Notes under the pieces: model-generated | What the model saw: only the letters and a program-made list of their open reading frames with translations | Databases searched by the model: none | What the model was told of the DNA's origin: nothing | In this document: piece after piece, positions 41,648 through 49,056 of the stretch | How the letters are laid out: each line of letters starts with the position of its first letter | Position numbering within the stretch: position 1 is the stretch's first letter | Origin: Acidimicrobiales bacterium | GTDB taxonomy: Bacteria; Actinomycetota; Acidimicrobiia; Acidimicrobiales; Bog-793 | Direction of reading: 5' to 3' | Length of the DNA: 64,000 nucleotides | Assembly: GCA_049510975.1 (NCBI GenBank) | Contig: JBEKYM010000008.1 | Span: forward strand, 22,297-86,296 | Program-made: the position numbers and the translations under genes

Positions 41648-42382
41648 CTAACCGGGCGGCTCCTGCCGGTGCAGGGCTGCATCCACGGCCGACACCGTCG
41701 ATGCAAGCTGTTCCGCCGACGAGCCAGCCTCGGCGAGCATGGCGGCCGTGGCGCCGAGGCCGGCCTCCTCCACGATGCCCTTCTCGTTGAGGGCCCACCG
41801 CTGTCGTTCGGCCAAGCGCGCCTGCGCCTCGCTCACCGTGGCGACGGCGAGGTTGCCGACGGTGGCGACGACGTCGCCGCGGTGGGCGTGGGCGCCAGCC
41901 GTACGGATGCCCATGTCGCGAAGCTGGCGCCAGCGCGGAGGCGCAGCCGCCGCCAGTGCCGGTGGGAACTGCGGCCGCGGCAGCACGCCGGAGAGTTGCT
42001 TGCCCAGGGCCAGCTCGCCCACGACGACATACGACGGGATGCCGGCGACGAAGGTCGCCAGGGCGTGGATGGAGAACTCGCCCCGCTCGGCGCCGGCGAC
42101 GCAACTGAGCACCTCGTCGAGATCCCGGTAGCACAGGTCGACTCGCCGGCCCTCGACCGTCAGCCAGGCGCCTCCGTTGACGACCGGGCCCCACCCGCCC
42201 GGACCGGTGATCTCGCCTGGCCAGCCGAGCGCTCGCACGTCGGCCGGGTCGATCGATCCTCGGTAGTAGAGGCCGAAGTCCCAGTCGGAGTCCGCTCGGG
42301 CCGTGCCTCTGGCACGCGAGCCGCCGAGGGTCACGGCCACGACACCGGGAATTTCCGCCAAGCGGCCGGCGAGGTGCTCCAT
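41648..42382 (-). CDS. Nucleotidyltransferase domain protein
   Basis: LGGSRARG...DSDWD Pol-beta motif, NGGAWL and NEKG. Confidence 0.82.
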   Translation of the reverse strand: MEHLAGRLAEIPGVVAVTLGGSRARGTARADSDWDFGLYYRGSIDPADVRALGWPGEITGPGGWGPVVNGGAWLTVEGRRVDLCYRDLDEVLSCVAGAERGEFSIHALATFVAGIPSYVVVGELALGKQLSGVLPRPQFPPALAAAAPPRWRQLRDMGIRTAGAHAHRGDVVATVGNLAVATVSEAQARLAERQRWALNEKGIVEEAGLGATAAMLAEAGSSAEQLASTVSAVDAALHRQEPPG

Positions 42383-42410
42383 GGCTCGGGCTCCGGCGGG
42401 CTACTGCGCG

Positions 42411-42656
42411 CTACTGCTGGTAGTGCTCGACCGTCTCTGGCGGTCGAAGGTGGGCGGCATCGGGGTTCTCACCCATCTCGCGGCGCGCCCGGCGTTGCCG
42501 CAGCAGATCCCAGAGTTGGTCGAGCTTCACCTCGAGGTCGTCGAGGCGGGAGCGCTCGTCGTTCGTCAAGGGCCGCCCGCCGCCGGCGTGACCTCGGAGC
42601 TCGTGCTCCTCCGCCACCAGGTTGTCGATCCTCGTGACTATGTCGTGGTCGTCCAA
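42411..42656 (-). CDS. DUF2630 family protein
   Basis: LVAEEHELR...LDQLWDLLRQRRARRE...RPPETVEHYQQ; GGAGG RBS. Confidence 0.85.
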   Translation of the reverse strand: MDDHDIVTRIDNLVAEEHELRGHAGGGRPLTNDERSRLDDLEVKLDQLWDLLRQRRARREMGENPDAAHLRPPETVEHYQQ

Positions 42657-42776
42657 CTCATCACCTCCAGCTCACCGTCGCTCCGAAGCCGTATCTGCCG
42701 GCACCGAAGGTAGTTTGACCTTCGAAGTCCGACACGTGGCCAGAGACGGACCACTTCACCGTAGCCGGGAGGGCAG

Positions 42777-43139
42777 ATGGACAAGGAGCGTGCGGGCGCA
42801 TTGCTCGAAGCGGAGCGGGCACGGGTTGAGCAGCTGCTCGCCGAGCTGACCGCCGCCGCCGAGGCGGACGAGGTCGCCGCCGGCGAAGACGGCGACATGG
42901 CCGACCCGGCCGAACCGTTGACCTCCGCTGAGGGAGCCGAGGCCGTGGCAGCCGGGCTGCGTGATCGGCTCGCGGCGATCGCCCGCGCCGAGGCGCGACT
43001 TGCGGCCGGCACCTATGGCCGTTCGGTCGAAAGCGGGCAGCCCATTCCCGACGACCGGCTCGCCGCCGACCCTGCCGCCGAGCTCACCCTCGAGGAGGCC
43101 GAGCGGGCGGAAGCCGGCGGGGGACGGCTCGCTCGATAG
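42777..43139 (+). CDS. DksA/TraR-like protein lacking zinc-finger cysteines
   Basis: Coiled coil with DMADPA tip; GTYGRSVESGQPIPDDRLAADPAAELT in place of GTYGxCxxCG...CxxC; no Cys in the protein. Confidence 0.75.
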   Translation: MDKERAGALLEAERARVEQLLAELTAAAEADEVAAGEDGDMADPAEPLTSAEGAEAVAAGLRDRLAAIARAEARLAAGTYGRSVESGQPIPDDRLAADPAAELTLEEAERAEAGGGRLAR

Positions 43140-43218
43140 CCGCCCGAACCTCCGGACGCGGCGAGGGTCTCTCAGACTTCGTAGGCTCGGGGTTACGCCC
43201 GACAAGGAGCCAACCGCC

Positions 43219-43362
43219 ATGGCTGACAAATCACCCAAGAAACCCAGCACGAAGAAAGTTGGGAAGTCCTTAAAGGAGAAGCGGGCCGCCAAGAAGCTGA
43301 AGCACGACCCGTCCCTCGGGGCGAGCCAGATGGACGCCCTCCGTACGAACAAGAGTCGCTGA
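43219..43362 (+). CDS. Small Lys-rich basic protein (47 aa)
   Basis: AAGGAG RBS at 43204; MADKSPKKPSTKKVGKSLKEKRAAKKLK... Confidence 0.65.
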   Translation: MADKSPKKPSTKKVGKSLKEKRAAKKLKHDPSLGASQMDALRTNKSR

Positions 43363-43425
43363 GCGCCGAGGAGCCCGGCCCGCTCCGGCGTGCCCGCCAC
43401 GCCGCTCACCGGGGGGTAGCACCAG

Positions 43426-44784
43426 ATGGAACTGACGCGTCGTCAGCTCTCGGACGCGGCCGCAATCGCAGAAGCCTGGATCGTCAACCGCGCCTACTTC
43501 CTCGGTACGCCGGCGGTGTCCTACGGCCTCGCCCACGAGGGCACGACCGTGCTCAGCGGCGCTCGGGGAGTGAGCGACGTCGGAGCTGGCACGGGGGCCA
43601 CGGAGCGGACGGGCTACCGCGTGGCTTCGATCACGAAGACGTTCACAGCCACCCTCGCCATGCAGCTCGTCGAGCGAGGCAAGCTCCGCCTCGACGAGCC
43701 CGTGGTGTCCTACCTCGGATGGCTGGCGCCTGCTCTAGGCGACTCCGGGCTCACCGTGCGCCACCTGCTCACCCACAGCGGCGGCATCATCCGTGACGGT
43801 TCGTGCGGTTGGCGTCCGGGCGAGTTCCCGACGCGGGACGAGGTGCACCGCCAGCTGCTCGCTGGCGGGACGTTCGCGGCACCGGCGGTCGGGTTTCGTT
43901 ACTCCAACATGGCCTATGCACTGCTCGGAGAGATCGTCGAGACCGCCGGCGGCCGGCAGTTCGCCACCGAGGTCGACCGCCGCATCGTCCGGCCCCTCGG
44001 CCTCGCCGCAACCGGAACACGGCTCACACCGCCGCTGCGGGCATCGCTTGCCACCGGCTACTGGCGGCGCCTTCCCGGCGAGGACCACCGGCCGATCGGC
44101 CAGAGCGAGGCGATGGCCTTCGAGCCGGCCGGCGGGCTCATCTCCAACGTGGGTGACTTGCTGGCTTACCAGCACGCCCACCTGCCTGGTGAGGCGAGCC
44201 TTCTCGGCGAGTTGAGCAAGCGCGAGATGCAGCGGGTGCAATGGCAACGTGCCGAGGAGCCCCACCACGGGCTTGGCTGGATCATCTGGACGGTGGACGG
44301 CATCGGCCTGCGCGGCCATAGCGGTGGCTATCCGGGCTTCACGACCCAGATCGGATTCGCCCCAGACCTCGGGTTGGCTGCCGCCGTGCTCACGAACACG
44401 ATCGGACCGCTGGCGTCGGTGGGCCTCGACGTCATCTTCCATACCATCGCCCGCGTGCACGCCGTCTGGGACGACGCCGCCGGCACGGCCCACGGACACA
44501 CGCGCAGCTCGCTCGCCCGGCTCGCCGGCCTCTACCGGGGAGACTGGGGCGACGTGCTCATCGCCCGCGTGAACAACTCCCTCTATCTCCTCCGCAGCGA
44601 GGACGACCGCCCGATGCGGCTGCCGTCTCGGCTGGCGCCCGTGGACGATCGGGGGCGTTTTGTCATCGTGGACAACGACGACTACGGCAACCGCGGTGAG
44701 CACGTGGTGTTCGAGGGGGCCGAGCCCGGCCCGGCTCGCAGTCTCCGCAAGGGCTGGCAGAGTTTGCGGCGAGTGGACGGCTGA
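43426..44784 (+). CDS. Serine hydrolase, beta-lactamase class C-like family
   Basis: SITK, LLTHSGG, YSN and HSGGYPGF. Confidence 0.88.
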   Translation: MELTRRQLSDAAAIAEAWIVNRAYFLGTPAVSYGLAHEGTTVLSGARGVSDVGAGTGATERTGYRVASITKTFTATLAMQLVERGKLRLDEPVVSYLGWLAPALGDSGLTVRHLLTHSGGIIRDGSCGWRPGEFPTRDEVHRQLLAGGTFAAPAVGFRYSNMAYALLGEIVETAGGRQFATEVDRRIVRPLGLAATGTRLTPPLRASLATGYWRRLPGEDHRPIGQSEAMAFEPAGGLISNVGDLLAYQHAHLPGEASLLGELSKREMQRVQWQRAEEPHHGLGWIIWTVDGIGLRGHSGGYPGFTTQIGFAPDLGLAAAVLTNTIGPLASVGLDVIFHTIARVHAVWDDAAGTAHGHTRSSLARLAGLYRGDWGDVLIARVNNSLYLLRSEDDRPMRLPSRLAPVDDRGRFVIVDNDDYGNRGEHVVFEGAEPGPARSLRKGWQSLRRVDG

Positions 44785-44880
44785 GCCGAGCGGCTATGAG
44801 CTCGCCGTCCGCCGGAGTTAGCGTGGATCGCGATCGGATGGGTTCCAGTGCCGATCTCCGGACTGGGCAGGGAGGCCGAC

Positions 44881-45600
44881 GTGACAGGGGCGACACCCGA
44901 TGGATACGGATCCGACATCTATACCGAGGCCGAGGGTGATCCGGACACGCTCGGTCGGCTCGGTCCGCTGCGGCCGATGGCCGGCAGCTGGGAAGGTCCA
45001 CGGGGTGCCGACGACCACCCGGTTGCCGAAGGCACCGAGAAGAACGACTTCGTCGAGCACTACGACCTCGAGCCGATCGACCGGCAGACGAACGGGCCGC
45101 AGATCTTCTACGGATTGCGGTACCACGTCCACATCGTGAAACCCGGCGAGATCGAGACGTTCCACGACCAGGTGGGCTACTGGCTCTGGGAGCCGGCCAC
45201 CAAGACCGTGGTCTTCACGCTCGCCATCCCGCGCGGCCAGGTGCTGCTCGCCGGAGGCACGGCCGAGCCGGATGCGACCGAATTCGAGGTGACGGCCGCC
45301 CTCGGCTCTCCGACCTACGGCATTGCGTCGAACCCGTTCCTCGACCGCGCCTTTCGCACGACGAGCTTTCGCATGACCGTGACCGTCAACGACGACGGGA
45401 CCTGGTCCTACGACGAGGAAGCCCTCCTCGTGCTGCCCGATCGCCCCGACCCCTACCGCCACACCGATCGCAACACCCTCACGAGAGTCGGGCCACCGGC
45501 GCTCAACCCCCTCGCCGCCGGCGGTGTCATGGCCGGTGCCGCCGGCGACGGCGGCCTTGGAATCGGCGACCTTCGACACGAAACGAGGAACCTGACGTGA
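44881..45600 (+). CDS. Nitrobindin/FABP-like (DUF1794) heme-binding beta-barrel with C-terminal encapsulin cargo-loading peptide
   Basis: LGPLRPMAGSWEG, QTNGPQ, FHDQVGYWLW, IPRG and a terminal HTDRNTL strand, then a flexible linker and DGGLGIGDLR. GGAGG RBS before GTG 44881. Confidence 0.82.
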   Translation: MTGATPDGYGSDIYTEAEGDPDTLGRLGPLRPMAGSWEGPRGADDHPVAEGTEKNDFVEHYDLEPIDRQTNGPQIFYGLRYHVHIVKPGEIETFHDQVGYWLWEPATKTVVFTLAIPRGQVLLAGGTAEPDATEFEVTAALGSPTYGIASNPFLDRAFRTTSFRMTVTVNDDGTWSYDEEALLVLPDRPDPYRHTDRNTLTRVGPPALNPLAAGGVMAGAAGDGGLGIGDLRHETRNLT

Positions 45601-46403
45601 ACCATCTCCTACGAGAGCTTGCCCCCGTCACCGAGGGCGCCTGGAGTCAGATCGACGCCGAAGCGGAGCGCTCGCTGAAGCACTTCCTGGCCGCCCGCCG
45701 CCTGGTGGACTTCGCCGGCCCGAAGGGGTGGGAGCACGCGGCGGTCGACCTCGGCCGCACCGAGCTCCTCGAGAGCGGCTCGCTGGCACCGGTCGAAGCG
45801 GCCCGCCGCAAGGTCCTGCCGCTGCTGGAGCTGCGGGCGCCGTTCTCGCTGCTGCGATCCGAGCTGGCGGCGGCGGATCGGGGCGCCACCGACCTCGACC
45901 TCTCCGCCGTCATCGCCGCCAGCCGGGCGGCCGCCCTCGCCGAGGACGGGCTCGTGTTCCACGGGTACGGTCAGGGCGAGATCGCCGGCATCGCCGCCTC
46001 CTCCCCGCACGACCCGATTCCGATCAGCGACGACTACAGCCACTACCCCGAGCACGTGGCCAAGGCCGTGGCGACGTTGCGGGCGGCCGACGTCGCAGGG
46101 CCCTATGCCATCGCGCTCGGCTCACGGTGCTTCACCGGAGTCACCGAGACGACCGAGCACGGCGGCTATCCCGTCTTCGATCACTTGCGCCAGATCCTCG
46201 GCGGCCCGGTCGTGTGGGCGCCCGCCGTCGACGGCGCCGTCGTCCTCAGCCAGCGCGGGGGCGACTTCGAGCTCACCGTCGGCGAGGACTTCTGCCTCGG
46301 GTACCGCTCATCGGATGCCCGGACGATCGACCTGTACATCGAGGAGAGCGTCGCCTTTCGCATCAATGCCGCCGAAGCGGCCGTGTACCTCGCCTACAGC
46401 TGA
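45597..46403 (+). CDS. Family 1 encapsulin nanocompartment shell protein (Linocin M18/Cfp29-like)
   Basis: MNHLLRELAP...AW, ARRLVDF, ELRAPFSL, LAEDGLVFHG, GPYAIAL, HGGYP, RGGDFELTVGED and LYIEES; 268 aa; GTGA overlap with the upstream gene. Confidence 0.95.
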   Translation: MNHLLRELAPVTEGAWSQIDAEAERSLKHFLAARRLVDFAGPKGWEHAAVDLGRTELLESGSLAPVEAARRKVLPLLELRAPFSLLRSELAAADRGATDLDLSAVIAASRAAALAEDGLVFHGYGQGEIAGIAASSPHDPIPISDDYSHYPEHVAKAVATLRAADVAGPYAIALGSRCFTGVTETTEHGGYPVFDHLRQILGGPVVWAPAVDGAVVLSQRGGDFELTVGEDFCLGYRSSDARTIDLYIEESVAFRINAAEAAVYLAYS

Positions 46404-46427
46404 CGGTGGATCGTCCCGGCCGCTGTG

Positions 46428-47609
46428 TCAGGGGTGCCCGGTGAGCGGGCCGACGCGGCTGGCGATGCCCGAGGTCCGCCGTCCCTCCCGAAGCGTGTTG
46501 GCGTCGAGCCCGTTCGTGAGGTAGCAGAACGAGACGTCCACGTCCGGATCGGCAAAGGCGATCTGGCCGCCGGCCCCCGCATGCCCGAAAGTATTGGGGG
46601 ACACCGTGCGCCCAAAGCCCCGCAGCGCAGCGTCGCCTCCCTCGCCGGCGATGACCGTGCCGAAGGCCCGGTTGGAGGAGACGTGGAACCACTGGTCGGG
46701 GAGGACCCCGTGCACTTCTCGCGTCCCGGAGGCGAGCACGGCCGGATCCCAGAGGCCCTTGGTGTTGTGGAGGAGCGCCTGGTAGTAGAAGGCGAGATCG
46801 GCGGCGGTGGAGATGCCGCCGCCTCCCGGCACGCCGATCTCCCGGATCTCCGGTCGGTTGAAGGCGAGGAGAGCTGCTTCGGTGACCTCGCCCTGCATCA
46901 TCTCCAGGGTGACCCCCGGGATGCCGAGCACGGCCTCGAGCTCCTCGTTCGTCGCCGGCTCGCCGCGCACTTCGAGGTCGTTGATGTCGCCCTGGTCGGC
47001 GGGAGGCACGCCGAGCCGGAGCCGGGTGAGGCCGAGCGGGTCCAGGACGGCCTCGTGCACGAACCGGCGGTACTCGACGCCGCTCAAGCGCTCGATCAGC
47101 TCGGCGATCACCCAGTGGGCCGAGGTGGGGTGATATTCGAACCGGGTGCCCGGCTCCCAGTTGAGCCTCCAGGTGGCAAAACGTGCCAGGCGCTGCTCAC
47201 GTGTGCGGTCCTGCTCGAGGTTCATGGGCGCCTGCGGGAAGCCACCCTCGTGCAGGAGGAGCTGGCGGACGGTGATCACGTCCTTGCCGTGGGTGGCGAA
47301 CTCCGGGATGACCTCCGCCACGCGCTGATCGAGCGAGATGGCGCCCTGGCCGAGGAGCAGCCAGAACGCCCCGGCCACGACGGCTTTCGTGCAGGAGAAG
47401 ATGACGTAACGGCTGTCGGGCGCGGCGTCGCCGAAGGTCTCGTAGGCGACGAGCCGGTCGTTGGCCGCCACCGCCATCTGGCACGACGGCAGGAGACCGT
47501 CGTCGACTTCTCGCCGGCAGCGGGCGATCAGCTCGGCGAGCGCCCCCGCATCGATCCCCACTTCGGCTGGGTCGGCGATCACTGCCCGTTCTGCGACGGC
47601 ATCTGCCAT
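46428..47609 (-). CDS. Serine hydrolase/esterase, beta-lactamase family
   Basis: FSCTK, WEPGTRFEYH and FGHAGAGG; start at ATG 47609. Confidence 0.85.
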   Translation of the reverse strand: MADAVAERAVIADPAEVGIDAGALAELIARCRREVDDGLLPSCQMAVAANDRLVAYETFGDAAPDSRYVIFSCTKAVVAGAFWLLLGQGAISLDQRVAEVIPEFATHGKDVITVRQLLLHEGGFPQAPMNLEQDRTREQRLARFATWRLNWEPGTRFEYHPTSAHWVIAELIERLSGVEYRRFVHEAVLDPLGLTRLRLGVPPADQGDINDLEVRGEPATNEELEAVLGIPGVTLEMMQGEVTEAALLAFNRPEIREIGVPGGGGISTAADLAFYYQALLHNTKGLWDPAVLASGTREVHGVLPDQWFHVSSNRAFGTVIAGEGGDAALRGFGRTVSPNTFGHAGAGGQIAFADPDVDVSFCYLTNGLDANTLREGRRTSGIASRVGPLTGHP

Positions 47610-47790
47610 GGCTTCCCCGCTTCCTCGAAGCTCCCCGGCCGAGCGCTCCGCAACGGCCGCCCTGCACCGTAGCCCCCGTCGCGCGTGCTCGAGGACCCGG
47701 AGGCGGACGGCACCTGGTAAAACCGGTGCCGCAGCGCTTCGACCCGATGGCCACGCCGATCGGGGCAAGGTGAGGTGGAGGAGGCGTCCC

Positions 47791-49044
47791 ATGACAGATC
47801 TCATGACCGAGCAGACCACGAGCGACACCTTGCACGAGCGCTTCGAGGAAGTGCGACAACTCACCGAGACGCTCGCTGCGCCCCTCTCGGGCGAAGACCA
47901 GACGGTGCAGTCCATGCCCGACACGAGCCCGACGAAGTGGCATCGGGCACACGTGACCTGGTTCTTCGAGACGTTCCTGTTGGAACCGCAGGTGGATGGC
48001 TACGAGGCTTTCCACCCGCTCTACCGGTCGATGTTCAACTCGTACTACGAGGCGGTGGGCGATCGCTTCCCGCGGCCGCGCCGGGGTGTCGTCTCGCGTC
48101 CTGGAGCCGAGGAGGTCGGCACGTACCGGCGCCACGTGGACCGAGCCATGCGCAGCTTCCTCGCCGAGCGGCTCGACCCGGCCATCTCCGAACTGGTCGA
48201 GCTCGGGATCAACCATGAGCAACAACATCAGGAGCTGCTGCTCATGGACATCAAGCACGCCCTCTCGGCCAACCCGTTGCGGCCGTGCTACCTCGAAGTT
48301 GCGTCACCGGTCCTGTCGCAGCCAATCGCCGCCACGCAGATGGTGTTTGCCGGAGGCAGGGCGGAGCTCGGGTACGGGGGGGAGGGTTTCTCGTTCGACA
48401 ACGAGCTCCCGCGCCACGAGGTGCTCCTCGGCGCCTTCGCCCTCGACTCCCGCCTCGTCACCTGTGGCGAGTGGGCGGCCTTCATCGACGACGGCGGCTA
48501 CGAACGCAGCGACTTGTGGCTGTCCGACGGCTGGGCGACGGTGCAGAGCGAGGGGTGGGACCGGCCGCTGTACTGGTCGGAGCGCGACGGCCGCTGCACC
48601 GTGTTCACGCTCGGGGGCGAGCGTGCCTGCAACCCGGCCGAGCCGGTCTGCCACGTCAGCTACTACGAAGCCGACGCCTATGCCCGCTGGGCCGGCGCCC
48701 GCCTGCCGACCGAAGCCGAGTGGGAGGCCGTGGCGATCGAGAGCCCGGTCGAGGGCAACTTCCTCGACCTCGATGTGCTGCACCCGCTGCCGGCATCCGG
48801 CGGGTCTGGGCTCTTCGGGGACGTCTGGCAGTGGACGTCCAGCTCCTACAGCCCCTATCCCGGGTTCCGCCCGGCGCCGGGGGCGGTCGGGGAGTACAAC
48901 GGGAAGTTCATGATCAACCAGCAGGTGCTCCGCGGCGGTTGTTGCGCCACTCCGGTGGGTCACACTCGGGCGAGCTATCGCAACTTCTTCCCGCCGAGCG
49001 CCCGGTGGCCGTTCACCGGCGTTCGCCTCGCCCACGACGCCTGA
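47791..49044 (+). CDS. egtB: Ergothioneine biosynthesis sulfoxide synthase EgtB
   Basis: QSMPDTSPTKWHRAHVTWFFETF, FNSYY, NHEQQHQEL; FGE-sulfatase domain (RLPTEAEWE, GEYNGKF, YRNFF). Confidence 0.92.
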   Translation: MTDLMTEQTTSDTLHERFEEVRQLTETLAAPLSGEDQTVQSMPDTSPTKWHRAHVTWFFETFLLEPQVDGYEAFHPLYRSMFNSYYEAVGDRFPRPRRGVVSRPGAEEVGTYRRHVDRAMRSFLAERLDPAISELVELGINHEQQHQELLLMDIKHALSANPLRPCYLEVASPVLSQPIAATQMVFAGGRAELGYGGEGFSFDNELPRHEVLLGAFALDSRLVTCGEWAAFIDDGGYERSDLWLSDGWATVQSEGWDRPLYWSERDGRCTVFTLGGERACNPAEPVCHVSYYEADAYARWAGARLPTEAEWEAVAIESPVEGNFLDLDVLHPLPASGGSGLFGDVWQWTSSSYSPYPGFRPAPGAVGEYNGKFMINQQVLRGGCCATPVGHTRASYRNFFPPSARWPFTGVRLAHDA

Positions 49045-49056
49045 GCTTTGCGCGCC

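Noticed and set aside
41648-42656. Nucleotidyltransferase plus small gene as an MNT-HEPN toxin-antitoxin or defence system
   Set aside because: The neighbour is DUF2630 with no convincing HEPN RxxxxH context, and no effector genes are adjacent.
45597-46403. Encapsulin as a phage capsid/prophage or bacteriocin
   Set aside because: No terminase, portal, tail or integrase genes nearby; the sequence matches cellular Family 1 encapsulins.
43426-47609. Flanking serine hydrolases as additional encapsulin cargo
   Set aside because: Neither has a recognisable LxIGxL-type terminal peptide, and one is on the opposite strand.
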